From the sequence record DRR723986_6929: a DNA stretch of 64,000 nt, one strand, 5' to 3'. Position numbers and translations under genes: made by a program. Of the stretch, positions 50,775 to 61,204 are shown piece by piece (within the stretch, counting starts at the first letter, position 1; every line of letters begins with the position of its first letter). The notes under the pieces are model-generated. The model did no database searches and had not been told where the DNA came from. It saw nothing but the letters and a program-made list of their open reading frames with translations.

Positions 50775-51107
50775 CTAATCTTCGGTCGCAAGCTTGATTT
50801 GATCGCGCATCCGCTTGACTTCCCGCGGTGGGAGCTTTTTCAACATGGTGACAATTTCAAAGATAAGCGCGTGGGTCTCAGGTGATCGGTCATCACCGTC
50901 CACACCGTCAAACAGCTCGGAAACAGGATAGTCCAGCGCCATACAGAGCTCTTCCAGCATATCGAGCGCCGCGCCTGTAAGGCCGCGTTCAAGTTCGGAA
51001 ATAGTATCATGCGAGCGGTCCATGCTTTGCGCCAGCTGCTCTTGCGTAAGCTTGCGCTCGGTTCGCAATACTTTGATCCGACTACCAATTTTCGATTTCA
51101 AATCCAT
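50775..51107 (-). CDS. XRE-family regulator
   Basis: LTQEQLA..ISELERG. Confidence 0.85.
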   Translation of the reverse strand: MDLKSKIGSRIKVLRTERKLTQEQLAQSMDRSHDTISELERGLTGAALDMLEELCMALDYPVSELFDGVDGDDRSPETHALIFEIVTMLKKLPPREVKRMRDQIKLATED

Positions 51108-51222
51108 GAGAGATTTGTACTGGTATTCGCAATCTCTTTACATAGGATTAATCCCGATTATAATATATTATTCGGCTTATTACCGATTTATGTTCATAAC
51201 TTCACCAGTTACCATATATACA

Positions 51223-51651
51223 ATGGAAGAGTTGAGATTGGCGGGCACCAAAGGACATCAGAAAAATAACAATGTTCAGGGCGAAACAAGGATTAGTCCC
51301 GACCCTATAGATATCTATGTCGGGCTACGTGTTCGCGAAAGACGCAAGGTACTCAGCATGTCCCAGTCTTCACTTGGCGGCATAGTTGGTGTTACGTTTC
51401 AGCAAATACAAAAATATGAGCGCGGTACAAACAGGATAGGCTCAAGCAGATTGTTCCGCCTCGCAAACGCGCTCGACGTTCCCGTTTCTTACTTTTTTGA
51501 AGGCGCTGCAAATCACCTGCAAGAACCAATGGAGTCGAACTCATCGCTCTACGACCTAAAAGAAACACAAGAATTAATCGGTGTATATTATGGAATCCAG
51601 GATACTTTTGTCCGGCAGAAGGTGATGAAAGTTATTGAACTGTTGGGCTAG
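51223..51651 (+). CDS. XRE-family regulator
   Basis: VGVTFQQIQKYERGTNRI. Confidence 0.85.
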   Translation: MEELRLAGTKGHQKNNNVQGETRISPDPIDIYVGLRVRERRKVLSMSQSSLGGIVGVTFQQIQKYERGTNRIGSSRLFRLANALDVPVSYFFEGAANHLQEPMESNSSLYDLKETQELIGVYYGIQDTFVRQKVMKVIELLG

Positions 51652-51958
51652 CCTACGTCAAGTTAAGCGCGTCAGCCTGATATTAGCTATAATGTATAAT
51701 GATCAGGATCTAATCTGAATGACGGTGTCAAATATTCCCTGAAGCAGGCGTTCGAGGTACGGGGCACCACTGCCGCAGTCGACTGTGATCTCAACCGATA
51801 ATTATAAGATAACGAGGTCACCACATGCTTTGCTAAACTTTTTCTATTTGCAGCATCAGCGGAGGCAGCGACAGTTGGTGCCCCTTTTGTTTAGCGCTTA
51901 CAGTTTCAATACTTCCACTAAACTTCAATGCAACCTTTGCGGAAGAGAACAATATTGT

Positions 51959-53131
51959 TCATAGCCCTGGGTAGTATGTCTCAAGTAAGTTTCTTGTCAG
52001 CTGTTCGCCGCGAAGAGAAATTCTATCTACATCTTTTTCACTCATGGGATTAAAGTCCGTGGGATAATCGAAAGTCTCTTTACGTGGAACTAAATCGGGG
52101 GGCGGGCATGGGAGACTCTCATCTTGTTGGCCCAGGTATGGCAGAACAAATCCTTTGATCTCGCCCGCCCTTGCAAGCCTGTGCAGCAAATCAAATGACA
52201 TGGAGTGCGTCCGCCGATGAGTTGTGGATACTGTCGCTAGCATACGGGAATCCCAGTGGTAGGGGATTTGGGAGGCGTCTGGAAGTCCTTGCCCAGCCAC
52301 ACAACAGATAATAAAATCGACATCTGAGACGTTGGCGCTGAATTTAGCGTCGCGTCCAGGTAGCAAACAACTTATCCCAAGATTGTCGTATACGCCGCCA
52401 TCCGTAATAACTGTGCGATGTGAGGTTGTTTTGCCATGTTTTGAGAAGAGTTGGAATTCGTCGAATGCCGGCAAAAATACAGGGAATGCCGCTGATGCCG
52501 CTACAGCTTTGGCGACAGAAACTGGTTCCACAAGCTTCCCGAAACGCCATGATCCGCATTCTTTTGTACCATACCGAAAAGCAGTTCCTGTTCTTAGTTC
52601 AGTTGCATTAATCACGACTTCGAGATTGCGTCGCTTAACTTCTGGAATCAACTTCTTATGAAAAACGATCTCATTCAAATACTTGGCGAAGGCCGTCGTT
52701 CTGCTTGCATACCTTGGCAATGGCGCCTGCATTGCAAGAGTGGCTTTTTTGATGAGAGCGCTCTTGATACCTAACAATCCCAACAATGCAAAAAACACTG
52801 AAAGTAATTTCCCTGCCAACGCCAGCACGCCCGATGTCAAAATAGTACCAACTATCTTCGGTGTTTCAGAAGAATACAAAGTTTTTTGCGCTATACCGAT
52901 AAGCAGACCTTTTTTTAAAAGTGCTTCGGTTCGTTTTTCGAACTGATCAAAGGGTTCGTCAAAATATGCATAAAGTGCGGCAATTACGCTTCCACCAGAA
53001 ATTGAAGAGATTAGATTTACGCGGTCAAGGACTCCCTGATCATGCAGCGCTCTCATACACCCCAAGTGGAATGCAATAGCACGTGCCCCACCACCTGAAA
53101 GAGCCAATCCAATTTTAAGTTTCCTTGCCAC
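51959..53131 (-). CDS. Patatin-like phospholipase
   Basis: LSGGGARA, SISGG, ASAAFP, DGGVYDN; GTG start 1 nt after upstream stop. Confidence 0.9.
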   Translation of the reverse strand: MARKLKIGLALSGGGARAIAFHLGCMRALHDQGVLDRVNLISSISGGSVIAALYAYFDEPFDQFEKRTEALLKKGLLIGIAQKTLYSSETPKIVGTILTSGVLALAGKLLSVFFALLGLLGIKSALIKKATLAMQAPLPRYASRTTAFAKYLNEIVFHKKLIPEVKRRNLEVVINATELRTGTAFRYGTKECGSWRFGKLVEPVSVAKAVAASAAFPVFLPAFDEFQLFSKHGKTTSHRTVITDGGVYDNLGISCLLPGRDAKFSANVSDVDFIICCVAGQGLPDASQIPYHWDSRMLATVSTTHRRTHSMSFDLLHRLARAGEIKGFVLPYLGQQDESLPCPPPDLVPRKETFDYPTDFNPMSEKDVDRISLRGEQLTRNLLETYYPGL

Positions 53132-53132
53132 T

Positions 53133-55418
53133 TTACTCTTCCGATTCCTCGACACTAACCTCGCGAAATGTAAATTCTTTTCGACGAAATAGATAGTATT
53201 TCCAAACGGGTTTCGTTGCAGCATAACCAATAATCAGCATCACGACATGCCTCGGCGTGCTCTCTTGAAAATGAAGAATGTTTAGCATGGCACCAAGATC
53301 GACTTGGCTCGGTCTCGGAGGAGAAACTGGGTGTGTATGCCAGACTCCAACAAATCCAGACGAACCTTGTGTTTTTATTTTATGATGTTTTGATATTTCT
53401 GCAGTGCCTACCATTCCACACTCAAACAGTTCTGGGCTTTTCAAACTATCCGGTGGTGGCCCGCTTGCAGCATCGATCCAAATCCTTTCGATACTGTCGT
53501 CTATGGTACCAAAAAGTAGCCCACCAGTTTCATTTAGTTCACTGCCCGTTCTTCTATTTCGTGCAATTTCGCTATTGATACTAACAATTGCGCTGGGGGC
53601 AGTCAGAGCACTATAGCGATACCTAACTTCTTTAAGGCGCTTTACTGCGCCGACGGTGAAGGAAAAACTTGTGTCGCAATCTTTTGCACTAGAATACGGT
53701 GGCATGGAAACAAAGTCTGCGCTCGCTTCATTTTGCTTTAATTCTGACATTCGCACCAAGGAAATATTTAGGAGAGCTGAAGAATAAAAGGCCACATCGG
53801 AAGCCGACGCAATGAATGTTGGTTCAGAACAACCCGGTTCTGGCTGAAACAGGTTAAAGTTTTTTGAGGGCGGCCAAAAATCTTTGACAAAATGGGCCGC
53901 GCCTTCAGACTGAAGCGCTGCGATTTTCGCGCGCCGTCCGATGTCGATTGGACCACCGACAAACTTTGGCATTCGCACAGTTAACATTCCATTCTTGGCC
54001 TTTGCGCTAATCGAAAAAGACGCAATTGGCGGTGCGTTTTTTGTTTTGGAAAGCTCTTTTTCGAGTATGCTTGAAACCGTTCGTGACGCTGTGGCATCTA
54101 TAATAAAATCATACTCATCTGGTGCAAATGCATCCAACACACCGCGATGTAAGCTTTTGAATTCAGGAATAATTTCTGTTCCAAGAGCTAGTTCATCCAG
54201 CCGGAGTTTGAGGGCGCTCACCTTGGTATAGCCGATGCTATGGTCACGAAATAACTGCCGAACTAAAATGCCTGGACTAACCGTGTCATTGTCGACAAGG
54301 ACTAATTTACTTGCCCCAGCCCGTACAATGTATTCTGCCAAGAACGAACCAAGAGCTCCGCAGCCAAGCAATAGAATTCGTTTACCTTGTAGCCAGCTCG
54401 CGCCAGTATCGACGTCGCGTCGAATTGTTGTTTCATTTCTATTTTCGAATATTCGGCACCATTCAGTTTTAGCAGTAGCCGCCCATGCAATAAATTTTTT
54501 CCTTGATTTTGCAGCGTCTTCCGGACTGGAAAGGGCTTCGAATGTAGACCGCAAATCTGCCGCAGAATCTGCTGAAATTCGCCACGAAGCTAAATGCTGA
54601 TTTAGCTGCCCACCTGGTTCAACCCTGCGCATTGGCGCACCGATTATCACGAAAAGATCTTTGGCCTCTTTTAAGAAAAGAGCGTACAGACGTACAAGGC
54701 GGTAGAGCAGAGAAAATGGCATTCCTCTCTCCTCAAATTCGGTTATTAGTTTGAAAACCGTATCAGGATATTCCATTGGTAGCGGTTGGTTCAGAAGGAT
54801 TGCAATCCCACACTGAACGTCTGGTGGTAGTTCCTGGTAAAGTTCGGTCCAGCCTGTCAATTCAAAACAGTGTTGGTTCTTTTGAACTAGATGCGCTGCG
54901 CCCACCCAACTGATTTCACCTTTGGCAATATCTGGTGCATTGGCACTTGCAACAATTTTGAAATCCGAACTTGTGTATGCGATGGGCGGGTGAAGTGGAG
55001 CATTATCTGGGTCCAACTCCCCCAATGCCGCTCGGCCAAACCATTCATTTAGCCGTTGAACAAAACCATACATTCCATCCGAGGCTACCCATTCGATTTC
55101 GGACGATTGATAAAGGCAGATACTTTTACCCCACTGAACGTGAGGGAAGCCAGCAAAGCGAGAATGCGCAAAGTGTACTAAGGGTGGGGTGAGTGGAAAG
55201 TTAGGTGGCAAGTAAACCAATAGAGGCTCGCGCGCGTTAAACCGAAACCCTTTTCTCGCTCTTTTCAAATGCCCTGTTCCAACTGAGAGTCTAACTGTTA
55301 AGTATCCACTTTCATCGGCAGGGGGCTGCGAACTCACAATATCTAGGTCGCCGCCAGAGGCTTTAGAAATCTCCGTTATCTGTTCAAACGCAAGACGTTG
55401 ACCATCCGAGCATTTCAC
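53133..55418 (-). CDS. E2-E1(ThiF)-JAB fusion (Cap2/Cap3-like)
   Basis: E2 FPHV..ICLY; E1 GCGALGS, IIDATA, EPGCSEPTF; JAB ETGG..WHTHP..PSQVD. Confidence 0.9.
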   Translation of the reverse strand: MKCSDGQRLAFEQITEISKASGGDLDIVSSQPPADESGYLTVRLSVGTGHLKRARKGFRFNAREPLLVYLPPNFPLTPPLVHFAHSRFAGFPHVQWGKSICLYQSSEIEWVASDGMYGFVQRLNEWFGRAALGELDPDNAPLHPPIAYTSSDFKIVASANAPDIAKGEISWVGAAHLVQKNQHCFELTGWTELYQELPPDVQCGIAILLNQPLPMEYPDTVFKLITEFEERGMPFSLLYRLVRLYALFLKEAKDLFVIIGAPMRRVEPGGQLNQHLASWRISADSAADLRSTFEALSSPEDAAKSRKKFIAWAATAKTEWCRIFENRNETTIRRDVDTGASWLQGKRILLLGCGALGSFLAEYIVRAGASKLVLVDNDTVSPGILVRQLFRDHSIGYTKVSALKLRLDELALGTEIIPEFKSLHRGVLDAFAPDEYDFIIDATASRTVSSILEKELSKTKNAPPIASFSISAKAKNGMLTVRMPKFVGGPIDIGRRAKIAALQSEGAAHFVKDFWPPSKNFNLFQPEPGCSEPTFIASASDVAFYSSALLNISLVRMSELKQNEASADFVSMPPYSSAKDCDTSFSFTVGAVKRLKEVRYRYSALTAPSAIVSINSEIARNRRTGSELNETGGLLFGTIDDSIERIWIDAASGPPPDSLKSPELFECGMVGTAEISKHHKIKTQGSSGFVGVWHTHPVSPPRPSQVDLGAMLNILHFQESTPRHVVMLIIGYAATKPVWKYYLFRRKEFTFREVSVEESEE

Positions 55419-56560
55419 TGGCCAAAGCCGACTTTTTCGCTGGGCGGTTCGTCCGAACCACGTGATGCCGCGACAGCTGCTGCAATCTTGTCGACTGAAA
55501 CGTCGGCAGCAGCTTCTTCACCAACAAATGTGATTCCGTTTTCATCAACGTCAAAAACTAGTGGTTCGCTATCTTGACTATTCTCATGCGTACATAAGAA
55601 TTGACCCTCAGCGACTTCTTCGTAACGCCGCTTGGCTTTTGCATGCGGGGGGTTGTCGCCTTTTTTATTCTGGGCAGGTACTGCCTCACTGCTAGAAACA
55701 ATGCAACCTGCGCCAACCTGAAACTCCGCTAGGTCGTCCAACATATCCTGTTTTAACACCTCCGAACCATCTTCGTCCTGGTACATTGCCGATTTGCTAC
55801 AATGGTGGGGCGCCAAGAAAATCTTCCACGCAAGAAACTGCTCGTTTCCGGCCTCTTTAGTGAAATCGAAAATTTTTCGTATACGCGGATACGCTATGTC
55901 GCCAAAAAGCAATGCACCACCGGCGCTTGGATCATCGCCCAGCACCACCTGCATCGCGAGGCTGGTATTATTCCTATCCCCATCGCCCTCGTCCTTAAAC
56001 GGAGCATGAATAAAGGCGTTAAACTCTCCGTCGTGATCTTCACCATCAAGTTCCGTGATCGAATTTCCGGGAATTGTGAGTTTGTCTTCGGGAAACCCGT
56101 TAAACTCATCCTCTTCGAGAATACTATCGTGGCCGATCACGCGTACCTTGTCGCCTGAGTCCACTGTGCCATCTTGGTCTATCATTGCTTTGATCCGTCG
56201 TTCGGCTTCTTCTTTGAAAGCTATAGCGTCATCACAAAGATCAATATCAGATTCGAGAAAAACTCTAGGCGTGAACCAAAGTTCACCAATCATCACTCGA
56301 TCAAGGAGATCAGCAAATCCAAGGATATGATCTTGATCTGGATGAGTTAGTGCAAAGCCAGCCAAATAGGGATTTCCATCTATTTCAGGCAGCTCTTCAA
56401 CAAGCTTATCAACTAGAGAAACATGATCATCACCTGCATCGTCTGACTTGCTCAAGTCACGGAGGTCAACCTGCAAAACAACTCCATCTTTTATTACAAC
56501 TGATGTACTGTCTCCGGTGCCAACGGGCCAAAATAGAAACTGCGGGTGTTCAAACATCAT
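55415..56560 (-). CDS. ComEC-like metallo-beta-lactamase-fold hydrolase
   Basis: VGTGDS, THPDQDH, FGD, PHHCS; tail KVGFGQ. Confidence 0.85.
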   Translation of the reverse strand: MMFEHPQFLFWPVGTGDSTSVVIKDGVVLQVDLRDLSKSDDAGDDHVSLVDKLVEELPEIDGNPYLAGFALTHPDQDHILGFADLLDRVMIGELWFTPRVFLESDIDLCDDAIAFKEEAERRIKAMIDQDGTVDSGDKVRVIGHDSILEEDEFNGFPEDKLTIPGNSITELDGEDHDGEFNAFIHAPFKDEGDGDRNNTSLAMQVVLGDDPSAGGALLFGDIAYPRIRKIFDFTKEAGNEQFLAWKIFLAPHHCSKSAMYQDEDGSEVLKQDMLDDLAEFQVGAGCIVSSSEAVPAQNKKGDNPPHAKAKRRYEEVAEGQFLCTHENSQDSEPLVFDVDENGITFVGEEAAADVSVDKIAAAVAASRGSDEPPSEKVGFGQ

Positions 56561-57159
56561 AAATTCCTCATTACAGTTTACGCCATCGAAGCCTTCATGC
56601 CGTTTGGCATTGGTTTCACAACTCCAATAAACAAAGAGGCTAGAGCAGTTATATGGGTTGATAATAAAAGATGTGGGGTTAAGTAGCAAGGATTCGTCGG
56701 AATCTAACAACAAATGAAGTCACAGAGAGAATTCAAATTTTTTGGTGTTCGCAAAAGCTCAAGGCAGGTGACCATGGTAGGTTTTCATAAGTAAGCCAAG
56801 TTTCGTAAGACATCTTTTACCCGTTCCCCAAAACGACAATGTTGCTCTATTTTTCATTGCTGTAAATTTTAAAAGACGAGCGGAGCGAGGGCAACAGGTT
56901 GAATACTTTTATGCATTAGTGTTGCCGAAAATAGTTCCGCTGTTTCCGAATAATTCAGAAAATCTATATTGATTTCATTGTCCGACCACATAATTTTAAT
57001 CTACCGTTTCGACCGCGCCGCGCCGATAGTAAATTGTGTTGCTTAGAACTTAACCCAAGCCCATTTGCTGAAAACGAAACCTGTTGGAGACAATTTTTAT
57101 GTTAACCCAAATTCAGAACCCTCTCAAATTATCTCGCCGTGTAACCTATATGAACACCG

Positions 57160-57993
57160 CTAAAAATTTACTCCAGGCAAAGTACGCAGATCATCAAGGG
57201 ATACTTCGCAGGCATCAATATCTGCTTTCGGCAAGCACCCGAATGAATAACCAAACATGCTCTCTTGGAAAAACAAGTATGCCGTTGTTTTGTTGCCGTC
57301 ATACATGACTTTAAAAAGAGCGTCCGGAACGGCAATCTCCAGTCCTCCGTTTTGAATACGTTTCGGGCTTTCACTCAAAAATAGATTACCAGCTATAACC
57401 TGGAAAGCCGCTCCTTGATCAACCTCTCCTCTTGTCCTGGTTTCTAGGTCATACCATGCTCCGCCTTGGCTGTTGAAATGGGGCAACTGAGGGCTCATAT
57501 TGGTCATATAATTAATTTCAAAAACGGTGCAGGCGTCATCAATGTCTTCAATCGGCAAGCCGGGCTTATCTTCAAACTCTGCATCCAGTCCGTCGCCGTC
57601 TCGGTCACCACCAGAAACAAAGAAGGGAGCAATGTGGCCACGATGGTAGCCGCTATTCGTATAGTCACTGGTTACCACGCGCTGGCCTTCAGGGACGCTA
57701 GGGTCAGGGCGAAATCGAGACCATTTTCCAGTTCTTTTAGGTGTGTCCCTAAAATCCGGCTCAACACGCCATGCGACCCAGTTTGGTACCAACTTGTCTG
57801 AATTGAAATTAAATGCGTAAGGCCGATGAACAATAACGCTACCCGATGGTGAAAATGGGCCCAGGTGTTGCTTTGAAAGTGCCGCCTGCTCGCTAACGCT
57901 CAAGACTGGGCAATCTTGAGAATTTGCCGCTTGGCAAAAGCCCAAGGCTAATAAAGAAAATGAAATACCTATTGGCCGTATTCTTTTAAACAT
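57160..57993 (-). CDS. Exported DNA/RNA non-specific endonuclease (NucA-like)
   Basis: Signal peptide, YHRGHIAP, NMSPQ..FN..W..LE. Confidence 0.9.
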   Translation of the reverse strand: MFKRIRPIGISFSLLALGFCQAANSQDCPVLSVSEQAALSKQHLGPFSPSGSVIVHRPYAFNFNSDKLVPNWVAWRVEPDFRDTPKRTGKWSRFRPDPSVPEGQRVVTSDYTNSGYHRGHIAPFFVSGGDRDGDGLDAEFEDKPGLPIEDIDDACTVFEINYMTNMSPQLPHFNSQGGAWYDLETRTRGEVDQGAAFQVIAGNLFLSESPKRIQNGGLEIAVPDALFKVMYDGNKTTAYLFFQESMFGYSFGCLPKADIDACEVSLDDLRTLPGVNF

Positions 57994-58103
57994 AAAATTT
58001 ACCTCAGCTGCAACTAATGTCGTTTACTATACACTTATCATTATAAAAACTCAAACGTGTTGTGTATAGTTAGACGTGAGCTATTCTTGTAATCGGAGGA
58101 TCT

Positions 58104-59213
58104 ATGTCTAGAAATATAATAATTTGCTGTGATGGTACAGGTAATGAGATAGAAGCAGACCTTTCGAATGTCCTTAAACTCTATCAAATTGCTGATCGCA
58201 ATGATGGTCAGATTATTTTTTATGATTCTGGTGTGGGCACTATTGGTCGCCAGAACGGCTGGACCAAGTTCAGAGATAAAATAAAAGAAACAGTCACTGG
58301 CGCTACAGGGCAAGGGTTGGACCAAAATGTCCTTGATGCCTATAAGTTTCTCGCCAAAATCTACCAAGATGGTGACAAGATATTTCTCTTTGGGTTTAGT
58401 CGCGGAGCATATACAGCGCGCGTATTAGCCGGTTTTATTAGAGCCTTAGGCCTATTACACCCTGAGCAAATGAACTTGGCGAATTACGCCCTAAAATGGT
58501 ATAAACAGATTTCCATTACTGGTAATTTTGAAAATATCGGGCGCTTTTCGGAAGTGACAAGAGCACGAGATGTTACCATACACTTTCTGGGTGTGTGGGA
58601 TACAGTGAGTTCGGTCTTTCGACCTAGCGGCAAGCTGTTCTCATTAGGCCTCACCAGTAAAAAGTATCCGTTCACGTTGAACAATGATGCAATCAAAATT
58701 GTCCGTCATGCTGTTGCCATAGATGAAAAACGACGTGTCTTTCCCGCTGATTTGTGGGGTCCTACCCGGAAGTTTAAATCCCATCGGTTCGATAAAACAG
58801 CTGAAGTCCAGGATGTTAAAGAAGTTTGGTTTGCTGGTGTACATAGTGATATTGGTGGAGGTTACCCTGAAGCTGAGAGTGGCCTCGCGAAGCTGCCTTT
58901 GAAGTGGATGGTAGTTGAGGCTGTCTCCGCAGGCTTAGAAATATCGAAGCGACGCTACAACAGATTGGTGCTCGGGACCTCCAGTAGTCGCAGTAAAAGA
59001 GTATATATGGCACCCGACCCGCATGGGATGCAACACAACTCATTTAAGCTTCCAACTAGTGCTTTCGGCTCTCGACTAAGGGTTATTCCTGAAAATACAA
59101 TGGTTCATGAGTCTGTAAAAACAAGACTGGGTGAAAACAAAAACGATTACAATCCAAAAAATCTCAACACGGATCAAGTCGAGTGGGAGTCGGACATAGA
59201 CTTGACTGGCTAA
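58104..59213 (+). CDS. DUF2235 (Tle1-like) alpha/beta hydrolase
   Basis: CCDGTGN, GFSRG, GVWDTV, WFAGVHSDIGG. Confidence 0.9.
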   Translation: MSRNIIICCDGTGNEIEADLSNVLKLYQIADRNDGQIIFYDSGVGTIGRQNGWTKFRDKIKETVTGATGQGLDQNVLDAYKFLAKIYQDGDKIFLFGFSRGAYTARVLAGFIRALGLLHPEQMNLANYALKWYKQISITGNFENIGRFSEVTRARDVTIHFLGVWDTVSSVFRPSGKLFSLGLTSKKYPFTLNNDAIKIVRHAVAIDEKRRVFPADLWGPTRKFKSHRFDKTAEVQDVKEVWFAGVHSDIGGGYPEAESGLAKLPLKWMVVEAVSAGLEISKRRYNRLVLGTSSSRSKRVYMAPDPHGMQHNSFKLPTSAFGSRLRVIPENTMVHESVKTRLGENKNDYNPKNLNTDQVEWESDIDLTG

Positions 59214-59525
59214 TCACTTCTGTTATTCAAAAGCAACACATTTGGAACGTAAAACTGCAATTAACAAAAGCCAAAAAATTCTAATAGCACAGGATTTTCT
59301 TTGTAAATATTTGCAATATATATTTCGCATACTTCGATTGGTGTTTTCCCTTCAAACAACGGTTGCCATGTGAGTCTATAAATTATTATATATAGCGCTG
59401 GGCCTATATTTGTGCCGAGGCAAATACATATTTGACTAACATCACACTTTTGCGACTACTTGTTTTTCTAGCTATCGGCACTTAAAAAGACCTACAATAG
59501 TCGTAGAAAAAGTTGGATTAAGAGT

Positions 59526-59672
59526 ATGGCTGCAAAAAAAGATGTCGTTCAGGTAAAAAACCCTCGAACAGGGCGCTATGTTAAGATTGACCGCGCCCAA
59601 GGTAAAATCGTGACATCTAAGAAATCGCCAGGACCTTACAAAAATATCCCGGTAGCCCGTAAGAAAAAATGA
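59526..59672 (+). CDS. 48-aa basic protein missed by ORF track
   Basis: MAAKKDVVQVKNPRTGRYVKIDRAQGKIVTSKKSPGPYKNIPVARKKK; ATGA overlap with next gene. Confidence 0.7.
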   Translation: MAAKKDVVQVKNPRTGRYVKIDRAQGKIVTSKKSPGPYKNIPVARKKK

Positions 59673-60319
59673 TTATTTACAATCCAACGGATGGGCTTTC
59701 ACTTCAGGGGAATGTCGATTATCAGCCTCGTCACTGCTTCCTTATGACACGATTGGGAGCCCCAATTCATCCCGAAGTTCAGGCCGTTCGAGAATGTGTT
59801 ACGCACCTTTCAGACAATTTGGATTACGGCGTAATTGATGCGAGTGCGCGAGTAACAGGCCGGGACTTGCTGATTAAGATTTGGAAATTAATAGCCGCAA
59901 CTCCGGTCTCAATTGGTGTAGTGCATAGCGAAATCCCGGCGAAAACGCAGGCGAATATTTATTACGAACTTGGGATAGCCCAGGCTTTAGGAAAAGAAAC
60001 TTTAATTATTAAATGTCCAAACTCAGAGATACCCTCCGACTTTGTCAGAACTGAATATGTGAGTTTCGACGATAATTTTGATGAACAATTTAATCGCTAT
60101 ATGGAAGGTTTGGTTGATCAAGCGTATTCCTATGAAACGATAGCAGATCAGTTAGATCGTAATCCTGTTTTGGCAATTGACTATCTTAAAAGAGCATATT
60201 TGATCACCGGTGACGAAAACATGAAGAACAAAGCACGCCAGTTGCTAGTTGAAGCAGGGCTGGAAAATCGAGCAAAAAACAGTGTTGAATTATTGGCTGC
60301 TTCTTTCGCCGCTGAATAG
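59669..60319 (+). CDS. Nucleoside deoxyribosyltransferase/TIR-like domain protein
   Basis: CFLM, NIYYELGIAQALGKETLII, IPSD. Confidence 0.65.
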   Translation: MIIYNPTDGLSLQGNVDYQPRHCFLMTRLGAPIHPEVQAVRECVTHLSDNLDYGVIDASARVTGRDLLIKIWKLIAATPVSIGVVHSEIPAKTQANIYYELGIAQALGKETLIIKCPNSEIPSDFVRTEYVSFDDNFDEQFNRYMEGLVDQAYSYETIADQLDRNPVLAIDYLKRAYLITGDENMKNKARQLLVEAGLENRAKNSVELLAASFAAE

Positions 60320-60457
60320 ACCAGTTTTATTTCGCTACGCATGTATTTGTTAGACACATGGCCAAAGTTTCTGGTTGGTATAAAATCAGAACCTATCAGA
60401 TTGAAATCGCAGCCCGTAGCATGTGTAATTAACCTAACTAATGTCAGCTAGTTTTCG

Positions 60458-61204
60458 TTATATTAAGTTATCATCTGAGTTTAAACGTGGATCGCCAAAA
60501 TCACTCGCGAGGAATTCTAAAGACGCTTTTGGAAAATCGCGTACAGCAATCACACGGTCCTGGCGTGTATAGATGTTCCAGGATTGTCTCTGGTTCGAGC
60601 CTTTTGCCGCAAACGCTATTAATGACAGTACGTTCATATTGCTTCCGGCCTGAGGGCACCTCACTGAGCGACTAATAATGACATCCACTTCAACTTGCCG
60701 AGCAGCATCAGCAAGTGCCTGAGTTGCTGAATAATCTGACTTGTCGCTATATCGTGGATCATCTCCGAAAGGCGGTTTCGTGATATCCAGCGCTCTATCG
60801 GTTTCGATAGACGCTTGAAATGCCGTATGTTCACAAAGTGCTTCAGGATATATAACACCTTCAGCCTGATTGAAGAACAATAGCCTATAAAATGCTATTT
60901 CTGCCATAGCTGTATGAAGATCGCGCGAACTATAAAATACGCCTTCCCGTTGGCTCGCGCGCCTAAACCGCGATCCGTATGGGTACGGAAAATACCGGTA
61001 AGGTGTGGCAATAAGATAATCGAAGCCTGCCGCTTCCTCTGGGAAACTCGGTTTTACAGCCTCTAGCATATCCTCAAGGATTTCTTGATCTTCAAGGCTC
61101 CCTGCCAGTTTCATCGTTGAAGAGTTATATTGTCCTTCTACAACTCGCCAAACATTGCCCTTAAACCGAGTTAAGCTAGATTTTAGCTCTGTAAGTATCG
61201 ACAT
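60458..61204 (-). CDS. RES-domain toxin
   Basis: WRVVE, GSRF..GVFY, AEIAFY, SVR. Confidence 0.9.
   Translation of the reverse strand: MSILTELKSSLTRFKGNVWRVVEGQYNSSTMKLAGSLEDQEILEDMLEAVKPSFPEEAAGFDYLIATPYRYFPYPYGSRFRRASQREGVFYSSRDLHTAMAEIAFYRLLFFNQAEGVIYPEALCEHTAFQASIETDRALDITKPPFGDDPRYSDKSDYSATQALADAARQVEVDVIISRSVRCPQAGSNMNVLSLIAFAAKGSNQRQSWNIYTRQDRVIAVRDFPKASLEFLASDFGDPRLNSDDNLI

Noticed and set aside
51959-56560. Canonical CBASS
   Set aside because: No CD-NTase motif in or near the operon
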